A stretch of DNA of 50,749 nucleotides from Minisyncoccota bacterium (GCA_035546035.1 DASZXC010000008.1:71202-121950); one strand, 5' to 3'. Counted from the stretch's first letter, positions 35,910 through 43,291 are shown. A program made the numbers and translations. Notes: generated from the letters alone by a model not told the origin.

Positions 35910-36515
35910 TTATTGCTGGATCTTTCGGATCACTTTTCGCATGCCGCTCTGCTCTTTGCGACTGCCGTCGCGGCCTGAATCCTTGTGGCCTCCCCCGCGA
36001 CGCGCGCCATATGAGCCGAGGACATATCGTCCCGGATCCTCGTCGAGGTCGATAAAATCGTCGGCTGCTTCCTTAAGCTTGCCCGACGCGGACTTGCCGA
36101 AGGTGACGACTTCAACTTGGCAGCCGTTCATCTTGAGGTATTCGACGAGCGGGACGAAGTCGCCGTCGCCCGAAGCGAGCACGACCACGTCGAGCTTCGC
36201 CGAAAGCTTCACTGCGTCGATAGCGAGACCGACGTCCCAGTCTGCTTTTTTAGAGCCCGACGAGAAGATCTGGAGATCTTTCGTCTTGGTTTCGATACCG
36301 ATCTTATTAAGCGCGTCGAAGAAGCCGCTTTCCTCGCCCGATTCTGTCGTGATGACGTATGCGATGGCGCGGACGAGCTGGCGTTCGCCGACGGCGTCTT
36401 TGAGGACGTTGTCGAAGTTAACGCGGCCATGATGGAGGTTCTTGGCGCTGTGATAGAGGTTCTGCGCGTCGATAAAAACGCCGACGCGCTGTTCTTTGTG
36501 TTTGATGATTGCCAT
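35910..36515 (-). CDS. NYN-domain (LabA-like) protein
   Basis: Start trimmed to MAIIKHKEQRVGVFIDAQNLYHSA.. Also contains ..VVLASGDGDFVPLVEYLK..G..V. Confidence 0.85.
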   Translation of the reverse strand: MAIIKHKEQRVGVFIDAQNLYHSAKNLHHGRVNFDNVLKDAVGERQLVRAIAYVITTESGEESGFFDALNKIGIETKTKDLQIFSSGSKKADWDVGLAIDAVKLSAKLDVVVLASGDGDFVPLVEYLKMNGCQVEVVTFGKSASGKLKEAADDFIDLDEDPGRYVLGSYGARRGGGHKDSGRDGSRKEQSGMRKVIRKIQQ

Positions 36516-36569
36516 AAAAATTGTGGCTAATATATAAAAAACCGAATAAATACCATGCCCCAAACGACG

Positions 36570-36590
36570 CTTCCGCCAAGAAGGCGGAAG
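36570..36590 (-). terminator. hairpin downstream of rpsO
   Basis: CTTCCGCC-AAGAA-GGCGGAAG. Confidence 0.45.
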
Positions 36591-36599
36591 TGAGGATTC

Positions 36600-36866
36600 T
36601 TATTTCTTGAGCTCGAGCTTCTTCGAGATCGCCGCATACCTCTTTGGATGCTTCTTCTGGAGGTATTTGATGTGGGTCTGGCGATCCGCGACCATGGAGA
36701 GGAGTCCCCTGCGGGAATGCCTGTCCTTGTCGTGCTTCTTGAGATGGCGCGCCAATTCCTCGATTTTCGAGGTGAGGAGCGCGATCTGAACTTCAGGAGA
36801 ACCCGTGTCCTTGTCGTGGACGGCCGAGTTTTTGATCACTTTTGTCTTCTTGGTCGTTGAAAGCAT
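36600..36866 (-). CDS. rpsO: 30S ribosomal protein S15
   Basis: Start trimmed to MLSTTKKTKV... Contains ..GSPEVQIALLTSKIEELARHLKKHDKDRHSRRGLL... Confidence 0.92.
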   Translation of the reverse strand: MLSTTKKTKVIKNSAVHDKDTGSPEVQIALLTSKIEELARHLKKHDKDRHSRRGLLSMVADRQTHIKYLQKKHPKRYAAISKKLELKK

Positions 36867-36912
36867 GGTTCTGAAAGGATAGCACATATATATTGAAAAT
36901 GCAAGCTTTTTA

Positions 36913-36942
36913 TTGGCTTTTATCGCCGCGCGGGCCTATAAT
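36913..36942 (+). promoter_or_regulatory. sigma70-like promoter TTGGCT-18-TATAAT in front of the 16S-like element
   Basis: TTGGCT at 36913-36918 and TATAAT at 36937-36942. Confidence 0.45.
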
Positions 36943-36948
36943 GGCCCT

Positions 36949-37299
36949 GGATCTGTTCGATAACACAGGCTGTTTCCATAGACGGGGAGATAAGTCCGAA
37001 AAACACGTAGGTACCCATGAACCCCGGCTGTTCATGGGGCCTGCGGCGTATCAGGTAGTTGGCGCGGGTAACGGCCCACCAAGCCTATGACGCGTAGCTC
37101 GTCTGAGACGACGATGAGCCACTTCCCTAATAAGGCTGGACCCACCTCTTCCATAGGGAAGGCGTGACGGTAGAAATGACCCAGCTGGCTCTACACGGTT
37201 TCGTGGGGCTTAAGGAAACTTCCTCTCGGCGTTCGAATCCGGGAGACTAGACACCTCCCATTTGTAACGATTTGTTTGCCGGTTCGTACGGAACCAAGG
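36949..37299 (+). ncRNA. condensed 16S rRNA 5'-domain-like element (expressed ncRNA or rRNA relic)
   Basis: 37039-37122 reads GCCTGCGGCGTATCAGGTAGTTGGCGCGGGTAACGGCCCACCAAGCCTATGACGCGTAGCTCGTCTGAGACGACGATGAGCCAC, a close match to conserved SSU helices 11-12. Weaker colinear blocks follow. Invariant SSU stretches are missing. There is no credible ORF. Confidence 0.5.
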
Positions 37300-37336
37300 C
37301 CCTGCCATGCGAAAGCGCGGCAGGGTTCTTATTTTT
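37300..37336 (+). terminator. strong intrinsic terminator
   Basis: CCCTGCC-AT-GCG-AAAG-CGC-GGCAGGG followed by TTCTTATTTTT. It is + oriented, and there is no + strand CDS for ~5 kb upstream. Confidence 0.8.
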
Positions 37337-37354
37337 GCTATAATATTGTGCGAC

Positions 37355-38347
37355 ATGGCATCTCTCAAAGAATTAAAGACGCAGTTTCTCGAATACACTG
37401 AAATAGAAAAAGGCCGCAGCCTGCTTACGGTCCGAAATTATGATCGGTATATCAGCAGGTTCCTTATCTTCTTGAAGAAAGACTCCCCTTCCGACATCAC
37501 CGATGCGTCCGTGCGCGAATTCCGTCTGTGGCTCAATCGCCAGTCTACGGGAAACAACAAAAGGACGGGCGATACTTTGAAAAAAAAGACGCAGAACTAT
37601 TATCTGATCGCTCTGCGCGCGTTCCTGAAATATCTGGCGCGGCAGGGCGTGAAATCGCTCGCGCCCGAACGCATCGAATTGGCGAAAGTCAGCGAACGCC
37701 ATATCGAGTTCATGACGAATGAAGAGCTGCATCGCCTGCTCGAGGCGCCGCTGATGACGGGCGAAACAGGGAATAACCTCCGCGCTCAAAAGAATGAGAA
37801 GGCAAAAAAAGCCAATGATATAAAGGTTTTACGAGACAGCGCCATGCTGCAGCTCCTGTTCTCGACCGGTTTGCGCGTGTCCGAGCTCTGTTCCCTCTCG
37901 CGCGATGTAGATCTGTCCGCCGATGAGATATCGATTCGAGGAAAAGGCGATAAGGTCCGCGTCGTCTTTCTTTCCGACAAAGCCAAATCGACGCTCAAAG
38001 CATATTTGGACAAGCGCGACGACATGGATGACGCTCTCTTCGTGAAAGCGGGCGCTGAAAAGCGATCCAAAGGCCGCGGCGATAATGAATCGACCGCGCT
38101 CACGACCCGTTCCGTCGAGCGTATCGTCAAACAATATGCGTCGAAGGCCGGCATCATGACGAAACGCGTGACGCCTCACGTTATCCGCCATTCGTTTGCG
38201 ACCGATCTGTTGTCGAATGGCGCGGATCTGCGATCGGTGCAGGAGTTGCTGGGTCACTCGAATATCGCTACAACTCAAATCTATACGCATGTGACCGACA
38301 AACATCTGCGAAATATCCATAAACAGTTTCACAACAAGAAGAGATGA
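37355..38347 (+). CDS. xerC: Xer-type tyrosine recombinase
   Basis: Start trimmed to MASLKELKTQFLEY (TATAAT at 37339-37344, 10 nt upstream). Catalytic signature GLRVSEL, HVIRHSFAT and LLGHSNIATTQIYTHV. Confidence 0.88.
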   Translation: MASLKELKTQFLEYTEIEKGRSLLTVRNYDRYISRFLIFLKKDSPSDITDASVREFRLWLNRQSTGNNKRTGDTLKKKTQNYYLIALRAFLKYLARQGVKSLAPERIELAKVSERHIEFMTNEELHRLLEAPLMTGETGNNLRAQKNEKAKKANDIKVLRDSAMLQLLFSTGLRVSELCSLSRDVDLSADEISIRGKGDKVRVVFLSDKAKSTLKAYLDKRDDMDDALFVKAGAEKRSKGRGDNESTALTTRSVERIVKQYASKAGIMTKRVTPHVIRHSFATDLLSNGADLRSVQELLGHSNIATTQIYTHVTDKHLRNIHKQFHNKKR

Positions 38348-38392
38348 TGACCCGATCTGAATAATAAAACAGCCCCAGATCGCTCCGGGGCG

Positions 38393-38415
38393 CCCTCGAA
38401 TTGGCCATTCGAGGG
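38393..38415 (+). terminator. hairpin after xer
   Basis: CCCTCGAA-TTGGCCA-TTCGAGGG then ATTTC. A second hairpin GGATGTGT..ACACATCC lies at 38421-38452. Confidence 0.45.
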
Positions 38416-38514
38416 ATTTCGGATGTGTCCCAGTTAAGATGAACACACATCCGTCCATGGTAATACGACCGGTCACTTCAAAAAGTTTCTATATTGAATG
38501 ATATAGTTGAGAGC

Positions 38515-39315
38515 ATGAAAATCATCTCTTGGAACGTGAACGGTATCCGCGCCAATATCAAAAAAGGCGGCTTCGACTGGATGCTCGCGCAGAATGCCGA
38601 TATCTTTTGCTTTCAGGAGACCAAGGCGCATCCGGAACAGCTTCCGCCTGAAGTCGTTATGCCTCACGGCTATGTCTCCTATTTCGACCATTCGAAAGCG
38701 CGCAAGGGCTATAGTGGCGTCGCTGTATATGTAAAGTCGACGATCAAAGTCGAGAAAGCCGAATATGGTTTCGGTATCCCTGAATTGGATCAGGAAGGAC
38801 GTCAGATAACCTTGTTTTTCAAGCCTGATTCGGCAAAAGGCGCCCAGAAATGGGCTTTTATAAACATATATTTCCCTAACGGAGGCGGCGGCCCGGAGCG
38901 ATTAGCCTACAAACTGCGATATTATGGCGCTTTTTTGACGTATATCGAGAAAATCCGTAAAAGCGGCTACTCGATCGTGTTTACTGGAGATGTGAATACG
39001 GCCCACACAGAAATCGATCTGGCGCGGCCGAAAGAGAATGCCGAGAATACCGGCTTTCTCCCTATCGAGCGCGCATGGATAGATAAAGTGATCGCCGCGA
39101 AATACGTCGATACCTTCCGTCACCTGAATCCGGGAAAGACGGGAGCCTATACCTATTGGGATATGAAGACGTTCGCGCGCGAAAGGAATGTCGGATGGCG
39201 CATCGATTATTTTTTCGTGAGCGAAGACATTGTCCCGAAGGTAAAAAAATCGGAGATGCTTTCCGACATCCTCGGATCGGACCACTGCCCTCTCTTTCTT
39301 AATGTGGCTTTGTAA
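38515..39315 (+). CDS. xth: exodeoxyribonuclease III
   Basis: Start trimmed to MKIISWNVNGIRA (TATAGT 7 nt upstream). Contains ..FCFQETK.., ..GDVNTAHTEIDL.. and ..SDHCP. Confidence 0.92.
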   Translation: MKIISWNVNGIRANIKKGGFDWMLAQNADIFCFQETKAHPEQLPPEVVMPHGYVSYFDHSKARKGYSGVAVYVKSTIKVEKAEYGFGIPELDQEGRQITLFFKPDSAKGAQKWAFINIYFPNGGGGPERLAYKLRYYGAFLTYIEKIRKSGYSIVFTGDVNTAHTEIDLARPKENAENTGFLPIERAWIDKVIAAKYVDTFRHLNPGKTGAYTYWDMKTFARERNVGWRIDYFFVSEDIVPKVKKSEMLSDILGSDHCPLFLNVAL

Positions 39316-39402
39316 GGCGCTATGGCTGAGTGTCCTTTATAAGAGACACAAGTGATTTGCGTTATCCCCAACCCTTGTCCTTTACATGTCCTTGATGACT
39401 GC

Positions 39403-39676
39403 TAAAATTATCTCAGGACAGATCTTTCAAATAGTTGGTTGATCGTTAAGGTTTTGGTTTCGAGATCGCAAGGTCTCTTACTCTTTGAGCGTCGAGCATC
39501 ATTTGCTCCGCTCGCTATCTAAAAAGATCTCTCAGACGAGCACAGATGACGCCCCATTCAAAAGGCGACATCATACAATATTTTGCGCGCCTACCTTGTG
39601 GGTTTGCGCATTTGTGTTCATCAAGCGATCCTTTTAGGAACCGCTTGGGCAACACAACTGCGCAAGCGGTTTTTTG
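39403..39676 (+). ncRNA. candidate structured sRNA in the xth-cca spacer
   Basis: TGCTAAAAT extended -10 (39400-39408). Long-range pairing AGATCTTT (39420-39427) / AAAGATCT (39523-39530). Nested hairpins GAGATC-GCAA-GGTCTC and GAGCG-UC-GAGCA-loop-UGCUC-CGCUC. It ends at the terminator 39640-39676. No convincing ORF. Confidence 0.3.
39640..39676 (+). terminator. intrinsic terminator
   Basis: ACCGCTTG-15 nt-CAAGCGGT followed by TTTTTTG. Confidence 0.65.
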
Positions 39677-39705
39677 TTCGGGGAATAAGACCGATAGGCA
39701 CAAAA

Positions 39706-39725
39706 AATGGCCATGTAAGGCCATT
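39706..39725 (-). terminator. terminator hairpin for cca
   Basis: AATGGCC-ATGTAA-GGCCATT. The minus strand reads hairpin then TTTTTTG. It overlaps the cca stop. Confidence 0.55.
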
Positions 39726-41229
39726 ATTTTACTCCGTGTTTGCCGCGTATTTTAGCTATCTCTTCTTCTTCGGCGCGGGCTTTCTTATCCTTTCCTATCG
39801 CCGCGAGCTTAGCCAGTTCGGTTTCAGGAAGCTTAGCGAGTTCGACGGCTTTCTTTTCGAGGAATTCTTTCGTATTCAATTTCGCTTCGTCGAGGACTTC
39901 TTCGAGAAGCGCGTTCAAGATGAGCCCGATCTTCGGGCCCGGTTCGATTCCTGTTATCTCCATCAATCGCTTGCCGTCTATTTTGAGCATGCCGACCGAT
40001 ATCGGATCCCGAAGGGCTTCCTCGATCATGGCTTTATATTTGCGGAGCCTATACGGATTTTCCTTTGGACGACCTGAGCCGATACGATCGCATGTACGGA
40101 CATCCATAAGATCCCAAATATGGTCTTTGCCCACGTTCACGATCATACGCCGAACCGCCGAAAGGCTTATCTGCTCGGTATCCGAGAAAAACATATGCCA
40201 GCGGACGAGTTTCACGACATCGTCTATCATTTTCTTCGAGAAATTGAGGTTTCGGAGGATTTTCTCGGTCATTCGGGCACCCACTACCTCGTGGCCGTAG
40301 AACGTATATTGATTTGTTTCATGTGAAAACCTGCGGGTTGCTGGTTTGCCGATATCATGAAAAAGCGCCGCAAGCCTTATTTCAAGGCTCGATTTCTTAT
40401 CGGCGGCATGCTGTATCGTGTAGAGCAGATGATTCCAGACGTCATAAATATGGATTCCCTTCTGCTCTATGCCGAAGCTCTCTTCAAATTCCTTGGCTAT
40501 GAATGAAAGGATTCCAAGGTCTTTGCAGAGTTCAAGGGCCTTTTTAGGGGCATTCGACATGACGATCCGAACGAATTCATCGCGAATACGCTCTTTAGCT
40601 ATATGGCTTAACAGATTCGAGTGGGTTTTAAGGGCTTCCAGAGTCTCTTTTTCGATTTCGAAATCCAATTCCGCAGCTATCCTGACGGCTCTCATGATAC
40701 GAAGGGCGTCTTCCCTAAAGCGCTCTCCCGGGTTCCCTACGGTCCGTATAAGTCGATTTTTAAGGTCTCTTTGACCATCAAAGAGATCAGTAATGTTTCC
40801 CGTGAAACTCTCCCCCTTCCCCTTTTTGCTGATCTTTAGAGCAAGCGCGTTTATAGTGAAATCCCGCCGCTGAAGATCGTCCTCGAGTTTGTCGCTAAAA
40901 GACACGGCATCGGGACGGCGCTTGTCCGAATATCCGAATTCGAGCCTGAACGGCGTCACTTCGACGACCTCGAGCCGTTTGTCTCTGGTTTCGTCGTTCA
41001 CGACGCCGACGGTGCCGAAATCGTTTTCATAGAATGTATGGGAAAACGCGGAGGTTATCTTTTCCGGAATGGCGTCAGTCGTCACGTCCCAGTCTTTCGG
41101 TTCGCGACCGAGGATAAGATCGCGCACGCAGCCGCCGACCAGAAAGGCCTGAAAGCCCTGTTTTTCAAGGGTTTCTGCGACATGAGAAACTTCGTCCGGT
41201 ATAGTGTAAGTAGCCCCCTTCTCTTTCAT
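39724..41229 (-). CDS. cca: CCA-adding tRNA nucleotidyltransferase with HD domain
   Basis: GGCVRDLILGREPKDWDVTT and the HD motif LAALFHDIGKP. I prefer the start at MKEKGATYTIPDEV (41229), because the longer start (41271) would overlap the tRNA promoter. Confidence 0.88.
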   Translation of the reverse strand: MKEKGATYTIPDEVSHVAETLEKQGFQAFLVGGCVRDLILGREPKDWDVTTDAIPEKITSAFSHTFYENDFGTVGVVNDETRDKRLEVVEVTPFRLEFGYSDKRRPDAVSFSDKLEDDLQRRDFTINALALKISKKGKGESFTGNITDLFDGQRDLKNRLIRTVGNPGERFREDALRIMRAVRIAAELDFEIEKETLEALKTHSNLLSHIAKERIRDEFVRIVMSNAPKKALELCKDLGILSFIAKEFEESFGIEQKGIHIYDVWNHLLYTIQHAADKKSSLEIRLAALFHDIGKPATRRFSHETNQYTFYGHEVVGARMTEKILRNLNFSKKMIDDVVKLVRWHMFFSDTEQISLSAVRRMIVNVGKDHIWDLMDVRTCDRIGSGRPKENPYRLRKYKAMIEEALRDPISVGMLKIDGKRLMEITGIEPGPKIGLILNALLEEVLDEAKLNTKEFLEKKAVELAKLPETELAKLAAIGKDKKARAEEEEIAKIRGKHGVK

Positions 41230-41255
41230 GTTAATGCCCAGTTTACTATATTTTT

Positions 41256-41283
41256 TTGATTTCCGCGCCATTTCACGTATGAT
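41256..41283 (+). promoter_or_regulatory. promoter TTGATT-16-TATGAT for the tRNA-Arg/tRNA-Gly pair
   Basis: The -10 element ends 10 nt before the tRNA-Arg 5' end. Confidence 0.45.
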
Positions 41284-41293
41284 GAACGCATTG

Positions 41294-41365
41294 CTCCCGT
41301 GGTGAAATGGATATCATACCGGTCTTCGGAACCGTTGTTGGGGGTTCGAATCCCTCCGGGAGCAC
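41294..41365 (+). tRNA. tRNA-Arg (anticodon UCG)
   Basis: Hand-folded cloverleaf: acceptor GCTCCCG/CGGGAGC, anticodon loop CTTCGGA, T arm GGGGG-TTCGAAT-CCCTC, discriminator A. CCA is not encoded. Confidence 0.9.
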
Positions 41366-41409
41366 AGGTAGTTTGAAATAGAGAGGTTATAGTGTATATT
41401 GATTCCACT

Positions 41410-41480
41410 GCGGGTATCGTTTAGTGGTAGGACACGTCCTTGCCAAGGATGAGGTGAGAGTTCGATTCTCTCTACCCGCA
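41410..41480 (+). tRNA. tRNA-Gly (anticodon GCC)
   Basis: Acceptor GCGGGTA/TACCCGC, anticodon loop TTGCCAA, T arm GAGAG-TTCGATT-CTCTC. Confidence 0.92.
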
Positions 41481-41487
41481 CCTAGTT

Positions 41488-41522
41488 AACAAAGAGCGCC
41501 TTGTAAGGCGCTCTTTGTTTTG
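41488..41522 (+). terminator. intrinsic terminator after the tRNA pair
   Basis: AACAAAGAGCGCC-TTGTAA-GGCGCTCTTTGTT then TTG. Confidence 0.75.
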
Positions 41523-41824
41523 TCCTTTATACAATTTGAAACAAATCTCTTTCCCGTCTCGTATCAGTGACTTCCCTTAAAGCTCTCAACAAAGGCGTTT
41601 TGTGGAAAAGTGGGGATAACCCTGGGGATTATGTTTAAAAGACACACCTGAAATAGGCCTATAAATCGTTGTCCTTTGTCCTTATAAACGCTCAACAGAG
41701 CCATAAAAGAGAAAATTACCTGATCAGTGCAAAAGCTCATGTTTATGTTTCATAAGAAACATAGTAACTGATGTTTCATGTGAAAATTCATCAAAAATTC
41801 ATGCTCTTTCAGCATGATATTTCC

Positions 41825-42199
41825 ATGAAAGTATTCACATCTGATGCTCAAAAGAAAGGAAAGATCGGCGAAGACGCAGTTTGTACGTATTTAACCAATC
41901 AGGGTTTCTTGATCGTGGAAAAGAATTTCACCCGAGCATGGGGAGAAATAGATATAGTTGCTCGAAAGGGAGGAGTAACGCATTTTATCGAGGTCAAAGC
42001 TGTTACACATGAAAACACAGGCCTTAGACCCGAAGATCAAATGCATAGCCTTAAACAAAAAAAGCTCCGTCGAATGATCGAAACCTATATTACGGGGCGC
42101 AGGATAGGGGACTGGCAGTTCGACGTAGCCTGCGTGTACCTCGATATGCAAGAGAGAAGAGCCAGAATAAAGATGCTTTCGGACATTATTCTGGCCTGA
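41825..42199 (+). CDS. yraN: YraN-family (UPF0102) endonuclease-like protein
   Basis: Start trimmed to MKVFTSDAQKKGKIGEDAV... Contains ..GEIDIVARKGGVTHFIEVKA. The segment is AT-rich. Confidence 0.8.
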   Translation: MKVFTSDAQKKGKIGEDAVCTYLTNQGFLIVEKNFTRAWGEIDIVARKGGVTHFIEVKAVTHENTGLRPEDQMHSLKQKKLRRMIETYITGRRIGDWQFDVACVYLDMQERRARIKMLSDIILA

Positions 42200-42259
42200 T
42201 TTGGGCAAAACCTTAGCCTTTTTTAACGTTTATGCTAGTATGTCTTGGTCTAAAGATAA

Positions 42260-42332
42260 CGGGGCGTGGTGTAACGGCTAACATGCTTGACTTGGGATCA
42301 AGTGACTCTGGGTTCGAATCCCAGCGCCCCGA
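42260..42332 (+). tRNA. tRNA-Pro (anticodon UGG)
   Basis: Acceptor CGGGGCG/CGCCCCG, anticodon stem CTTGA/TCAAG with loop CTTGGGA, T arm CTGGG-TTCGAAT-CCCAG. Confidence 0.9.
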
Positions 42333-42347
42333 CACGAAATAGCTCAC

Positions 42348-42665
42348 GTGGCCAGTTCAAAGCGATTTACGAGGACGATAGAGGACTTTACGTGCGAACA
42401 TTGCGGCGCCGCAGTGATAGGAAACGGCTATACCAATCATTGTCCGAAATGCCTGTGGTCAAAGCACGTAGACAGGAATCCGGGCGATAGGCTTGCTGCA
42501 TGCGGCGGCATGATGGAGTCTGTCCTGGCTGAAAAAGAGAGAAGCGATTACGTGATCACGCATAGATGCGCTGTCTGTGGTTTCGAGCGCAGGAACAAGC
42601 TCCAGAAAGGAGACGATTTCGACGCATTCGTCGCGATCTCTAAAAAGTCTTCGGAAAGAAAGTAG
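42348..42665 (+). CDS. RNHCP-domain zinc-ribbon protein
   Basis: GTG start. Contains FTCEHCG.., ..YTNHCPKCLWSKHVD.. and ..HRCAVCGF. Confidence 0.75.
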   Translation: MASSKRFTRTIEDFTCEHCGAAVIGNGYTNHCPKCLWSKHVDRNPGDRLAACGGMMESVLAEKERSDYVITHRCAVCGFERRNKLQKGDDFDAFVAISKKSSERK

Positions 42666-42967
42666 TCAAGCGGTGTTTCGGTCGGCGAAAATCGTCTGGT
42701 TTGACTTAATTTTTAAAAATGACCGAATATTTTTTGTGGTGAAAGAAAATTTGCCCAGGTTCGAACGTCGGCGGGCCTTTCCCGGCAGGCTTTGAGATAA
42801 AGAAACAAAGATTGATTAATGTCAATCGTCTGGGTGTGCTTTGACAGGGCAGGGGGAAGCGTGACTCTTTTGAAAAAAACGGCAGGGAAGGGCGTATAAA
42901 TATATGTGAAAGGAGGGGACGCCCTTCTTTCGAAAAGGTCTGGTTTTAACAAATACAATTCAAGACT

Positions 42968-43042
42968 ATGATCCGACTCAACGAAGGAGGCAATCCAAAC
43001 AACCCTAACGACAAGAAGAAGCCTCCAATGCCTCAGCAGTAA
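42968..43042 (+). CDS. questionable 24-codon ORF (MIRLNEGGNPNNPNDKKKPPMPQQ) inside a probable sRNA unit
   Basis: No SD upstream. The internal GGAGGC..GCCTCC pairing suggests RNA structure rather than coding. Confidence 0.15.
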   Translation: MIRLNEGGNPNNPNDKKKPPMPQQ

Positions 43043-43053
43043 GGTCTTAAGAG

Positions 43054-43080
43054 CAGCGCCTGCGGGCGCTGTTTTTGTTT
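43054..43080 (+). terminator. intrinsic terminator
   Basis: CAGCGCC-TGCG-GGCGCTG followed by TTTTTGTTT. Confidence 0.7.
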
Positions 43081-43137
43081 GTCACAAAAGCAAATAAATA
43101 GAAAAGCCTGCCGAACTATGCTAGATTGAGTCTCATT

Positions 43138-43208
43138 GCGGGCGTAATTTAGTGGTAGAATGACTGCCTTCCAAGCAGTAAGTCCGGGTTCGATTCCCGG
43201 CGCCCGCA
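43138..43208 (+). tRNA. tRNA-Gly (anticodon UCC)
   Basis: Acceptor GCGGGCG/CGCCCGC, anticodon stem ACTGC/GCAGT with loop CTTCCAA, T arm CCGGG-TTCGATT-CCCGG. Confidence 0.92.
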
Positions 43209-43220
43209 CAACTAAGGCCG

Positions 43221-43234
43221 ATGCGGAGGCCTCA
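43221..43234 (+). repeat. direct repeat ATGCGGAGGCCTCA (left copy)
   Basis: Identical 14-mer at 45177-45190. It contains the palindrome GAGGCCTC. Confidence 0.5.
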
Positions 43235-43256
43235 TAATTCTCCGTAAGATGATGGA

Positions 43257-43285
43257 TTGAAAAACGTCTCAAAAATTGATAGTAT
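43257..43285 (+). promoter_or_regulatory. near-consensus promoter TTGAAA-17-TAGTAT, 6 nt from the ATG (leaderless)
   Basis: TTGAAA at 43257-43262, TAGTAT at 43280-43285, ATG at 43292. Confidence 0.55.
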
Positions 43286-43291
43286 ACAAAC

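Noticed and set aside
36941-37260. tmRNA hypothesis, based on GGATCTGTTCGA near the 5' end and GTTCGAATCC..CCTCCCA near the 3' end.
   Set aside because: There is no acceptor-stem pairing between the ends, no proper T arm (the stem is mispaired around the TTCGAAT loop), no CCA-proximal GCCACCA-like end, and no tag reading frame.
36949-37299. RNase P RNA (rnpB) hypothesis for the rpsO-xer spacer, based on AAGTCCG (36991-36997), TAGAAATGAC (37171-37180) and GGGGCTTA (37205-37212), which could mimic CR-I, CR-V and the P4 3' strand.
   Set aside because: The near-invariant GAGGAAAGUCC and ACAGAA..GGCUUA contexts are not present (GAGAUAAGUCC, and no ACAGAA). I could not build P1-P3. The same bases are better explained by a five-block colinear match to the 16S 5' domain. 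A cmsearch with RF00010/RF00011 would settle it.
38484-38511. Possible dif-like site next to the xer gene: AGTTTCTATAT-TGAATG-ATATAGTTGAG (11-6-11 imperfect palindrome).
   Set aside because: Only the inner 6 bp of the arms are symmetric and similarity to known dif consensus arms is poor. The right arm coincides with the TATAGT -10 box of xth. It is worth a search with dif models but is not supportable from sequence alone.
39317-39350. tRNA-like start GGCGCTATGGCTGAGTG after xth, and the T-loop-like CAGGTTCGAACG at 42769-42780.
   Set aside because: No cloverleaf can be completed in either case: there is no matching acceptor 3' strand, anticodon arm or paired T stem.
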